Virus record (IMG/VR): IMGVR_UViG_3300045988_138808
Origin: a virus
Reading direction: 5' to 3' (one strand)
DNA: 43,102 bases
The notes beneath the pieces were generated by a model that searched no databases, was not told where the DNA came from, and saw only the letters and a program-made list of their open reading frames with translations. The position numbers and the translations under genes are program-made. Below, piece after piece: positions 1 through 6,643 of the stretch; within the stretch, counting starts at the first letter, position 1; every line of letters starts with the position of its first letter.

Positions 1-55
1 CTCCTTCTCCTTCTCCTTCTCCTTCTCCTTCTCCTTCTCCTTCTCCTTCTCCTTC
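1..55. repeat. (CTCCTT)n hexanucleotide microsatellite, which is (AAGGAG)n on the coding minus strand. The same repeat occurs at the other window end (43051..43102).
   Basis: Nine perfect CTCCTT units are read directly at 1..54. The same periodic sequence ends the window. On the minus strand it is in frame as GGA GAA (Gly-Glu). Confidence 0.95.
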
Positions 56-361
56 AGATACTATAACATATCTATTACATATGTCATTCTCATCTATAAG
101 AGGTGTTATAGAGGTCTTACCCCATCTATTACGAACTCCCCTAGACTTAGCCTCGCATTGTTTGACAAATTCCTCATATTGCAAATCCAAATCAGGCTTT
201 ATCGTTTCAAGCCAAAGTTTACTGTTACAATCAACAGATGGATATTTTAGCAAAGCCTCTAAAATATTTATTTTTTCGTCATCTGGTATATATGACAAAA
301 CACCGCCCCAATCCGGCCTGATTGTCGGTTGAAATGTTGCTGGTTTATATTTTCTAGCCAT
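1..361 (-). CDS. Replication-organizer-like protein, N-terminal part. The gene runs off position 1 and continues at 43102.
   Basis: The minus frame is open from the ATG at 359..361 down to position 2. It is absent from the ORF track because no stop precedes the window edge. My translation is MARKYKPATFQPTIRPDWGGVLSYIPDDEKINILEALLKYPSVDCNSKLWLETIKPDLDLQYEEFVKQCEAKSRGVRNRWGKTSITPLIDENDICNRYVIVS(EG)n. The pattern resembles the DUF6291-type N-terminal domain of phage and plasmid replication proteins (recalled, not searched). Confidence 0.6.
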   Translation of the reverse strand, partial: MARKYKPATFQPTIRPDWGGVLSYIPDDEKINILEALLKYPSVDCNSKLWLETIKPDLDLQYEEFVKQCEAKSRGVRNRWGKTSITPLIDENDICNRYVIVSEGEGEGEGEGEGEGEGEG

Positions 362-510
362 TTTCCACACGTCTTTTAAAAGGAGGGGTATAGACCGCCG
401 AGCGGTTTTAATTGCGTGTGGATATAGATTAACTATACCCCATAATTATACATCATCCAACACGCACTTATTATACTAAACTCTATTCGCCCAAAGTCAA
501 GCATTTTATA

Positions 511-538
511 TTGACAATTTTATAATCTTTTATATAAT
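511..538 (+). promoter_or_regulatory. Sigma70-like promoter, TTGACA-16-TATAAT, pointing rightward
   Basis: TTGACA lies at 511..516 and TATAAT at 533..538, with a 16-nt spacer. No credible plus-strand CDS lies downstream. Confidence 0.5.
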
Positions 539-544
539 GTTCCT

Positions 545-625
545 GTATAATTTACTTGTCAGGGTTGCTTATGCAACTTTCTTAAAGACGGATATGATAT
601 CTATATATTGTGTCCGTCTTTTTTT
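545..625 (+). ncRNA. Candidate ~80-nt small RNA, defined by a promoter and an intrinsic terminator with no ORF
   Basis: It is bounded by the 511..538 promoter and the 584..625 terminator. It contains a small hairpin, GTTGC-TTAT-GCAAC, at about 565..578. Plus-strand ORFs 537..734 and 610..876 start inside the -10 element or the terminator and look spurious. Confidence 0.3.
584..625 (+). terminator. Rho-independent terminator, plus-strand polarity
   Basis: A perfect 9-bp stem pairs AAAGACGGA (584..592) with TCCGTCTTT (613..621) around a 20-nt loop. The stem runs into a T7 tract (619..625). It also sits 15 nt past the VRR-NUC stop, but on the minus strand only TTTAAG follows it. Confidence 0.6.
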
Positions 626-639
626 ATTTAAAGCAAGCG

Positions 640-1080
640 TTATCTCGGTTGAATATTGTTTTTGTGGAAATAATCCTCAACATCGGACACGCTTTTTGCC
701 ACGATATAATGGTGTCCGGGCAGTTTTTCAATAAGGGCTTGAAATTCTTTTTGCTCATCGCTCTGCGTTCCGGCTCGCTCATCAATGACCATGCGTTTGT
801 ATCTATCGCTCCAACGATATGTTGCTGGCTTCTTACATTCTATGCAGACGGTGCCGCCGTTAATCCATACGATTAAATCGGCGATTCCTGCCCGCCTACC
901 CATTGATTTTAATATTGCCCTAGTTACCCTACTTGAAACATTAACACCCGCGTCAGGAGCTGTAAAAACAAAGCCCCTGAGCTCCAAATATTGAACGATG
1001 CTTTTTTGAACCGGTTGTTCCGGGTGTGTATGCTTCCTTTTTGGCTTCATTCCCAGTTCTGGGATGTTAAACAAGCTCAT
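640..1080 (-). CDS. VRR-NUC domain nuclease
   Basis: The motif GIADLIVWINGGTVCIECKK fits the PD...(D/E)xK core of VRR-NUC. I prefer the ATG at 1078..1080 (MSLFNIPE...), which follows a purine-rich RBS, over the track start at 1167. Confidence 0.7.
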   Translation of the reverse strand: MSLFNIPELGMKPKRKHTHPEQPVQKSIVQYLELRGFVFTAPDAGVNVSSRVTRAILKSMGRRAGIADLIVWINGGTVCIECKKPATYRWSDRYKRMVIDERAGTQSDEQKEFQALIEKLPGHHYIVAKSVSDVEDYFHKNNIQPR

Positions 1081-1227
1081 TTCTTCTTTCTTCCAAAAAT
1101 AAAAGCAAAAATCAAAAATGTTATAACGATTGCGAGGTCGTCCGGATGCTCCCCGAAGTATTCGCATAATTCCAAAAGTGTACTTTTATTGTTCATTACT
1201 CATTCTCCCAAGTTTCGCACAAATATT

Positions 1228-1255
1228 AAAAAGTGGGGAGCCGGTAAAACTCCCC
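1228..1255 (-). terminator. Rho-independent terminator after recT
   Basis: The minus strand reads GGGGAG-TTTTACCGG-CTCCCC (plus-strand stems at 1235..1240 and 1250..1255), followed by ACTTTTTAATATTT. Confidence 0.55.
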
Positions 1256-1262
1256 GGATTGA

Positions 1263-2117
1263 TTAAAATGATATTGTTTGTTGTTGCTCTGCTGGTTCTT
1301 CCGGTGCCTTTGGTTCTTCCGGCTCCGGTTCTTCTATAATCTCGCCGGTTTTCTCGTCAAAGGTGGGGATTTCATCATCCAGCGGCAAGGCTTCATAGTC
1401 GGCTTCAACATAGCCCTGTTGCGGTTGCTTTGGCAGCTCATATTCTTCATTGTCAATATCAATGCCTTTTTGCAGTTCGGGGCTTAATGGCAGCCATTTG
1501 GACAATCTTTTGAACACTGTTTTTTTCGACATTTCATCCCGGTCGGTTACCCACGGGCCATTGTTCGGAGATTTTGAACGCTTGCGGATGGCATCAACCT
1601 CATCTTTGCTCATAACCTCGCATTTCTTGGTGCCGTCCTTAAATGTAACAATTGCATAATATGCGTAGGCTTCCCCTCTGGGCTTGCGGAAGTCAATGCG
1701 GTGTTTGGTGATTTCGCCGATATTGTATTCAAATTCGTCATTCTCGCATACTTTGTCGGCATGAATGTTGCTAATCATACCGCTACGCATAGCAAGCTCG
1801 GCAATGCCTTTATAATCAATAATAAGTTGAATGTCGTTTTTGTAGGGGATTAAATAAGCTCTGCGGCCGTCTGGCTCAATGCCAAGCTCGGCACATTTCA
1901 TAAATGCTTCGGCAAGGCTTTTTTTTCCCTCTTTTGTTTGCAATGCCAAAATCAATTTGCTGTTCTTTTTAATGCAGGTTACTGCCACTCTGGCAAATCT
2001 TTCCGGGGTGCAAATCTTTGGCAAAACTCGAACCCAACCGGCCGATAATTCATCCACATATTTTTGAACAACGTCAACCTTTTTTGTTTCTTGAACTACT
2101 GGAACATTTTCCGTCAT
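1263..2117 (-). CDS. recT: RecT-family single-strand annealing recombinase
   Basis: GIEPDGRRAYLIPYKNDIQLIIDYKGIAELAMRSGMISNIHADKVCENDEFEY matches the RecT core. The C-terminal tail is acidic and Pro/Glu-rich. An AGGAAA RBS precedes the start. Confidence 0.88.
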   Translation of the reverse strand: MTENVPVVQETKKVDVVQKYVDELSAGWVRVLPKICTPERFARVAVTCIKKNSKLILALQTKEGKKSLAEAFMKCAELGIEPDGRRAYLIPYKNDIQLIIDYKGIAELAMRSGMISNIHADKVCENDEFEYNIGEITKHRIDFRKPRGEAYAYYAIVTFKDGTKKCEVMSKDEVDAIRKRSKSPNNGPWVTDRDEMSKKTVFKRLSKWLPLSPELQKGIDIDNEEYELPKQPQQGYVEADYEALPLDDEIPTFDEKTGEIIEEPEPEEPKAPEEPAEQQQTISF

Positions 2118-2161
2118 CGTCTTTTCCTTTCTCTGTTATATTAAAATTAAAACACTATAAA

Positions 2162-2188
2162 ATTATAATGTTTTCTTGTAATTGTCAA
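2162..2188 (-). promoter_or_regulatory. Early promoter module for recT, TTGACA-15-TATAAT
   Basis: The minus strand reads GTGTTGACAATTACAAGAAAACATTATAATTTTATAGTGTTTTAATT. It is closely similar to the modules at 3152..3178 and 41656..41682. Confidence 0.45.
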
Positions 2189-2191
2189 CAC

Positions 2192-2230
2192 AAAAAACAA
2201 AAAAAATCCCCAGATTTTCTCCGGGGATTT
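2192..2230 (-). terminator. Rho-independent terminator after the exonuclease gene
   Basis: The minus strand reads AAATCCCC-GGAGAAAATCT-GGGGATTT, followed by TTTTTGTTTTTTG. The plus-strand stems lie at 2204..2211 and 2223..2230. Confidence 0.65.
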
Positions 2231-2237
2231 GTTAGGC

Positions 2238-3125
2238 TTATATTTCTTCCTCTGCTTGCTTGTTTGTTATCCATTGGCTTAAGTGCAGCTCAATAATGTT
2301 TGGGTATGGTTGCCAGATGCTATCGTCCATGGTTTCAGTCCATTGATAGTATTTTTCGGCAATGGTGTCTATAAGGTATCTGGCTCGGTCTTTTGCATAT
2401 TCCACGTCTTCCATGCAATATCGCAAAATGGCAATCATTTCTTCTTCGTCCGGTTTTTTGGACTGCATTATAAAAACGAACTCGCTCGGATATTCTCCGT
2501 ATTTTTCAAAAATCGCCTGACGGTAGACCGCATCTTGCAAATAATAGCTGTTTTTATGCGGCCACTTGATAAAGTTATCTATATCGCCTGATGTTTTGTA
2601 GTCAATAACCACAATGCCGTTCTTTGTGCGTTTTATAGCATCTACCTTGCATTTCATCAATAATCCGGTTTGGTCATCTCTCCACACAATTGGCATTTCT
2701 GTTTTTGCTCCGGCAATGATACTTGCGGCCAACTTATGCCCTCTTAAGTTTGCAATCATCTTTCCGGCACGTTCCCATTCTTCAGATGATACAATAATGC
2801 GTGGGTCTGCAAAATCTTTTATAAATTTTCGGTATGCGGCCGTATCTCTGCCCTTGGCTCCCCAATCGGCAACAACAAATCTTTTCTCTAATTCTTCCGG
2901 CTCAAGCAACATGCAGTGAGCCAACTTGCCAAAAACCAGAGCATCGCTTGGCTCTCTGTCCGCATTGTCTTTGCTGTTCGGGTTTAACGGCGATGTCTTC
3001 CAAAACTTATAAGCACCGCATCCGCCCTCGTTAAATTGTTTAATCTGGCTGGCCGAAAGTGCGGGCAATGCGAAATATTCGTCATCGTTGTTCATATTGT
3101 CAATTTGTTGTATTGTCATCTTCAT
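2238..3125 (-). CDS. PD-(D/E)XK (RecE/Cas4-like) exonuclease, partner of RecT
   Basis: KVDAIKRTKNGIVVIDYKTSGD fits the D...(D/E)xK nuclease motif, and a YYLQDAVYRQ segment follows. The gene is adjacent to recT. AGGAG abuts the first ATG, so the true start may be the second ATG at 3119. Confidence 0.7.
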   Translation of the reverse strand: MKMTIQQIDNMNNDDEYFALPALSASQIKQFNEGGCGAYKFWKTSPLNPNSKDNADREPSDALVFGKLAHCMLLEPEELEKRFVVADWGAKGRDTAAYRKFIKDFADPRIIVSSEEWERAGKMIANLRGHKLAASIIAGAKTEMPIVWRDDQTGLLMKCKVDAIKRTKNGIVVIDYKTSGDIDNFIKWPHKNSYYLQDAVYRQAIFEKYGEYPSEFVFIMQSKKPDEEEMIAILRYCMEDVEYAKDRARYLIDTIAEKYYQWTETMDDSIWQPYPNIIELHLSQWITNKQAEEEI

Positions 3126-3151
3126 CTCCTTTACAATTAAAACAATATAAA

Positions 3152-3178
3152 GTTATAATAAATTATTATAATTGTCAA
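3152..3178 (-). promoter_or_regulatory. Early promoter module for the exonuclease gene, TTGACA-15-TATAAC
   Basis: The minus strand reads TTGTTGACAATTATAATAATTTATTATAACTTTATATTGTTTTAATTGTAAAGGAG. It lies back to back with the plus-strand promoter at 3191..3218. Confidence 0.4.
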
Positions 3179-3190
3179 CAAATAAATGAC

Positions 3191-3218
3191 TTGAAAATAT
3201 TTTTTTTAACAATATAAT
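3191..3218 (+). promoter_or_regulatory. Sigma70-like promoter for the XRE regulator, TTGAAA-16-TATAAT
   Basis: TTGAAA lies at 3191..3196 and TATAAT at 3213..3218. It diverges from the leftward early promoter. Confidence 0.5.
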
Positions 3219-3263
3219 AAACCTGTGTTTAACATCAAGACACGAAACAACAAGGAGAAAACA

Positions 3264-3620
3264 ATGGAGTTAAAAGAATTTCGCTTAAAAAATAACCTCT
3301 CGCAAACAGAATTTGCAAAGATTATCGGAATACCTCGGCAGACTTATCAGACTTACGAATACGGCACAAGAAGCCCGTCAAATAGCAATTTAATCCTCAT
3401 TGAAAATGCAATGCGCAAAATCGAAAGCGAAAGAGCCGATATTAACGCCGCCGTTGACAGGTTGCAAGCCATTAAATCTTATAAAGAAATTCAAAAATAT
3501 TGGGATACTTACCACCAACAAATTGATGATGATTTTTTTGAAGAAGACAAATTTAATCTCTGGTTGATTAAAATTATCATGATTATCATTTTAGTCTTTA
3601 TATTTGCGGTGTTGTGGTAA
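3264..3620 (+). CDS. XRE-family HTH regulator with a C-terminal transmembrane helix
   Basis: MELKEFRLKNNLSQTEFAKIIGIPRQTYQTYEYGTRSPS is a classic HTH_XRE pattern. AAGGAG lies 7 nt upstream of the ATG at 3264. The C-terminus LWLIKIIMIIILVFIFAVLW is strongly hydrophobic. Confidence 0.8.
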   Translation: MELKEFRLKNNLSQTEFAKIIGIPRQTYQTYEYGTRSPSNSNLILIENAMRKIESERADINAAVDRLQAIKSYKEIQKYWDTYHQQIDDDFFEEDKFNLWLIKIIMIIILVFIFAVLW

Positions 3621-3862
3621 TGTTTTATAAGCTGTACATAGGCGACTACAATCCCAAAGGTGGGATGTGCGCCGCTCCGACAATGATTGAGCCAATGGTT
3701 AATTTTAATGGGCTTAGTGGACAAGTTAAGCGTTCGTTAGAGAAAGTGCACCACGGACTTGACTTGTACATAGTTAAGCCAAACGGCGAGGTTTTTGCCT
3801 GGTATCGTGATTTAAGCAAATATTCAAAAGAAGATATCCGGCGCATTTTACAATTTGAATAA
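3620..3862 (+). CDS. Hypothetical protein
   Basis: Its ATG overlaps the XRE stop (TAATG). It is co-oriented with the XRE gene and followed by a terminator. I recognised no motif. Confidence 0.45.
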   Translation: MFYKLYIGDYNPKGGMCAAPTMIEPMVNFNGLSGQVKRSLEKVHHGLDLYIVKPNGEVFAWYRDLSKYSKEDIRRILQFE

Positions 3863-3900
3863 ATTGTGTATAATATAAGAGCCTCTCTTCATCGCAGGGC

Positions 3901-3935
3901 AGACCCTCAAACCAGTAGGTGCGAGGGTCTATTTT
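3901..3935 (+). terminator. Rho-independent terminator between convergent genes
   Basis: AGACCCTC (3901..3908) pairs with GAGGGTCT (3923..3930), followed by ATTTT. The stem overlaps the RNase H stop codon. Confidence 0.6.
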
Positions 3936-4351
3936 CCCTTATATTTCAAACTTCCCAACATCGCCAGAGTATCTGCGAGTTTATTATTGCCGGCCATTTC
4001 GTTACGATGGCCGGTGTGCGCCTTTACTTTGCAAACCTCAATATGGCTTTTTCTTATCTGATAAGCCCAGTATTTGCATTCAAGATGATTGAGATATTGC
4101 TCGCGTGTTCGGGGTTTTTCTTTGATTTGATTGTTGATGTAAAATATGGCGTTTTGGCTGTCTGTACAGATTTTTGCTTGTCCGTGGGTTAAAATACTGG
4201 CCAGATGTATGGCGTGAAGCTCTGCGCCGTTAATCGTCCGGCACTTGGTAAATAAAGCGTATTCCTTTCTGCGCCCGTTGTCGATTATCACAATGCCTAT
4301 ACCGGCAATCCCTCGTTTATCTATCGTTGCATCGGTATAAGCTTCTATCAT
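3929..4351 (-). CDS. Ribonuclease H (RNase HI family)
   Basis: The segments YTDATIDKRGIAGIGIVI...NGAELHAIHLA...ICTDSQ...VKAHTGH...NNKLADTLA follow the D-E-D-H-D arrangement of RNase HI. Confidence 0.85.
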   Translation of the reverse strand: MIEAYTDATIDKRGIAGIGIVIIDNGRRKEYALFTKCRTINGAELHAIHLASILTHGQAKICTDSQNAIFYINNQIKEKPRTREQYLNHLECKYWAYQIRKSHIEVCKVKAHTGHRNEMAGNNKLADTLAMLGSLKYKGK

Positions 4352-4620
4352 TATTTGCCTTTCGTCATTTCCATAAGCGAATGATATTTGACATCATATT
4401 CAACGGCACACTCCGCCAGCTCTTGCGGCGTTGTCCACTCTTGTAGGCAGTTAATCGGCTCAACGCTTACAGGATAGGCAGTTGTCCGACAGCCGCTTAC
4501 GAACAGGACTATCAGAAAGATTAAAGCTCCAATCAAAATTAAGCTTTTCCGTTTCAACAGCCTTTTTGACCTCTGACTTTTGCTTACGGAGTTCCATTTC
4601 ATTTTTAACCAACCTTTCAT
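4351..4620 (-). CDS. o-spanin (outer-membrane lipoprotein), overlapped architecture
   Basis: It has a signal-like segment LILIGALIFLIVLFVSGC with a lipobox Cys. It starts inside the i-spanin gene in another frame and extends past it. Confidence 0.7.
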   Translation of the reverse strand: MKGWLKMKWNSVSKSQRSKRLLKRKSLILIGALIFLIVLFVSGCRTTAYPVSVEPINCLQEWTTPQELAECAVEYDVKYHSLMEMTKGK

Positions 4621-4747
4621 TGTTTATAATAAGGGCATTTTTTTCGGCCTCCAGCGCGGTATTTTCTTTCATAAGGGAATTTATGCGTAAATTTTGATAA
4701 ACGCACCACAACGCCAAAAAAGCTATAATTATGACTAAATATTTCAT
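4460..4747 (-). CDS. i-spanin (N-terminal TM helix plus coiled coil)
   Basis: MKYLVIIIAFLALWCVY forms a TM helix, followed by a heptad-like region, NSLMKENTALEAEKNALIINNERLVKNEMELRKQKSEVKK. The ATG at 4745..4747 overlaps the upstream stop (TAATG). Confidence 0.7.
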   Translation of the reverse strand: MKYLVIIIAFLALWCVYQNLRINSLMKENTALEAEKNALIINNERLVKNEMELRKQKSEVKKAVETEKLNFDWSFNLSDSPVRKRLSDNCLSCKR

Positions 4748-5355
4748 TAGTTGCCCCACTTCAGCAGATAACAACCTGCAAAGACAATCCCGCCACAAAT
4801 TATTTCTGCCCACTTTGTCGGGGCGTTAAGCCAAGAAAGATGAGGTCTTAACCAAGGCTCTTTCTCGTAAAGTGTCCAGCAAAAAGCGTAAACAGGTGAT
4901 ACAGCCAATCCGATTAAAATATATCGCCAGTCAAAAATCATCATCGGAATCATTGGGCAGGTATAACGTAACCCCATATAAATAAAATCATACATAAAAC
5001 CGTACTTATAGTCCGCAACCCCTAACTTTTCAAATAGCCAGTCGCACGGGATATGATACCACCGTTCGTTATACCTTAACAGAGTAGAAACAGCAGGACG
5101 ACCACCACGCCCGATGTCAAAACAACAGCCGTGACCTCTGCTCCAAAATTGGAACTGCAACCAGCAACTAACAACCACCGCAAGCAACCAACATTGCCAA
5201 GAATAAGGATTAATCAAGTATGTTGACATAAAGAGGATAAGCATAAAAGCCGTTTGCAGCCCTCTGTTCCCTAAAATTTTATATTTTTCTTCAGGAAACA
5301 TACCACCAAACCATCTACGAGCAAAACCGCCTAAAATAAAATAAAATAACCACAT
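4747..5355 (-). CDS. Polytopic membrane protein of unknown function within the lysis cassette
   Basis: The protein is 202 aa with several hydrophobic segments and many Trp and Cys residues. It is tightly packed between the endolysin and the spanins. I recognised no family. Confidence 0.55.
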   Translation of the reverse strand: MWLFYFILGGFARRWFGGMFPEEKYKILGNRGLQTAFMLILFMSTYLINPYSWQCWLLAVVVSCWLQFQFWSRGHGCCFDIGRGGRPAVSTLLRYNERWYHIPCDWLFEKLGVADYKYGFMYDFIYMGLRYTCPMIPMMIFDWRYILIGLAVSPVYAFCWTLYEKEPWLRPHLSWLNAPTKWAEIICGGIVFAGCYLLKWGN

Positions 5356-5832
5356 TTATATTCTCCACTCCCCTGTTTTGATAAGCCGCGCTATTCTCTG
5401 CGCTCTGGCTGGTGTTTGTTTTGCATAATCTGAATTTAGGCACTCTTTGCTTGCTTTTTCAAAGTCGCCCTTGTCCATGGCGGCAAGCATATTTTTGAAT
5501 TTTAATAATCCGTTAATGCCTAACTGAAAACACATGTCAATCAAAACATATTGACGCTCTTCGTCTAATTTACGCCACCAGGGCAAACGCTTATCCAAGT
5601 TATTTTTTACACCTTCGACATCATGTTTCAACAAATAAATAGCCTGTTCTTCGGTTATGCTCTTCTCCCGACAATTATGCCCAATGTAGCATACTTCCTC
5701 ATCAGTCAACGGGTTTGTATCAACACACCGGCCAACACCGATTGTCAATTTTCCCTCTGTGCAACGATAAGGCTTTAATCTTAAAGATTCATTTACAACT
5801 AAACGCTGAATTATATCAAACTCATTACTCAT
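5356..5832 (-). CDS. T4-type lysozyme (GH24) endolysin
   Basis: [22 protein letters not shown] aligns with T4 lysozyme [22 protein letters not shown]. The C-terminal [21 protein letters not shown] aligns with [21 protein letters not shown]. Confidence 0.9.
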   Translation of the reverse strand: MSNEFDIIQRLVVNESLRLKPYRCTEGKLTIGVGRCVDTNPLTDEEVCYIGHNCREKSITEEQAIYLLKHDVEGVKNNLDKRLPWWRKLDEERQYVLIDMCFQLGINGLLKFKNMLAAMDKGDFEKASKECLNSDYAKQTPARAQRIARLIKTGEWRI

Positions 5833-6457
5833 ATGTACGTAACTCCAAACTATTATTTTTTATAAACTCATCTCTCTTAACAACAGCTTCTTCATATGTA
5901 TCAAAACGGCCAACATAAATTCCCCTTACTTGAACTTGCCAATTTTTACCTCTTTTATGAAAAGCTATGTATTTAGATAGCTTAGGACGCCTGTTGTTAT
6001 TTTGCTCTTTTACGGTTGCCCATCTACAATTGTTTGGCTCATAATTTCCATTAACATCTATTCTATCAATAGTTAATCCATTTGAACGACCCATGTCTGC
6101 GATAAAATTATCAAAACTCTCTAACCATCTGTCACAAACTTTTATCCCTCTACCACCATAATCCATATAATGATGCTCTCTTTTATTTTTGCATCTCTGA
6201 ATCATTCCGTTATATATCCCATATTCAGGCATATCTTTTCTAAACTCTCCAAATAATTTATTCTTTTTATTTTCTACAGCACATTTTCTACACCCGTTAG
6301 TTTTTCCCCTCCTCATCTCATTGCCGCTAACAACTTGTTTAGCTCCACAAGAAACACACTGACACAAAAAAGCCGGTCTACCATATAAATTTCCGCAACG
6401 CTCTAAAACAAGCCAGTTGCCAAAACTCCTACCAATCATATCTATAGGTTTATTCAT
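5825..6457 (-). CDS. Free-standing HNH homing endonuclease with an AP2-like DNA-binding domain
   Basis: [29 protein letters not shown] is an HNH_3-type motif. [34 protein letters not shown] resembles AP2. The N-terminus carries CxxC pairs. The gene sits between the holin and the endolysin. Confidence 0.8.
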   Translation of the reverse strand: MNKPIDMIGRSFGNWLVLERCGNLYGRPAFLCQCVSCGAKQVVSGNEMRRGKTNGCRKCAVENKKNKLFGEFRKDMPEYGIYNGMIQRCKNKREHHYMDYGGRGIKVCDRWLESFDNFIADMGRSNGLTIDRIDVNGNYEPNNCRWATVKEQNNNRRPKLSKYIAFHKRGKNWQVQVRGIYVGRFDTYEEAVVKRDEFIKNNSLELRTYE

Positions 6458-6546
6458 TTTATATCTCCATATAAAAAACTCATTAAACTAATCGTGGCAG
6501 GATTGTGAGTTGCAATCTTTTCGGGAGCGACCCTAGCCACAAAAAA

Positions 6547-6574
6547 ATTATAATTTATAAGAATAAAAAGTCAA
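6547..6574 (-). promoter_or_regulatory. Sigma70-like promoter, TTGACT-16-TATAAT, upstream of the HNH and endolysin genes
   Basis: The minus strand reads TTGTTGACTTTTTATTCTTATAAATTATAATTTTTTTG. A GTGGC...GCCAC structured leader follows at about 6494..6540. Confidence 0.4.
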
Positions 6575-6643
6575 CAATCCTTCATTCATGACCAATCTTT
6601 TTAATATCTCGTCCATAATCCCTCCAATCAAAAAAGCCCGAAT

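Noticed and set aside
1-55. The terminal CTCCTT repeats could be a CRISPR-like array, phage direct terminal repeats or cos ends.
   Set aside because: The period is 6 nt with no spacers. Both copies lie in frame inside one ORF that continues across the ends. A circular or permuted assembly broken in a coding microsatellite explains them better.
3126-3862. A lysogeny switch (CI/Cro-like), which would imply a temperate phage.
   Set aside because: Divergent promoters and an XRE protein are present. However, I found no integrase, excisionase, partition or attachment-site features anywhere in the 43 kb. Lifestyle is left open, and the evidence leans toward non-integrating.
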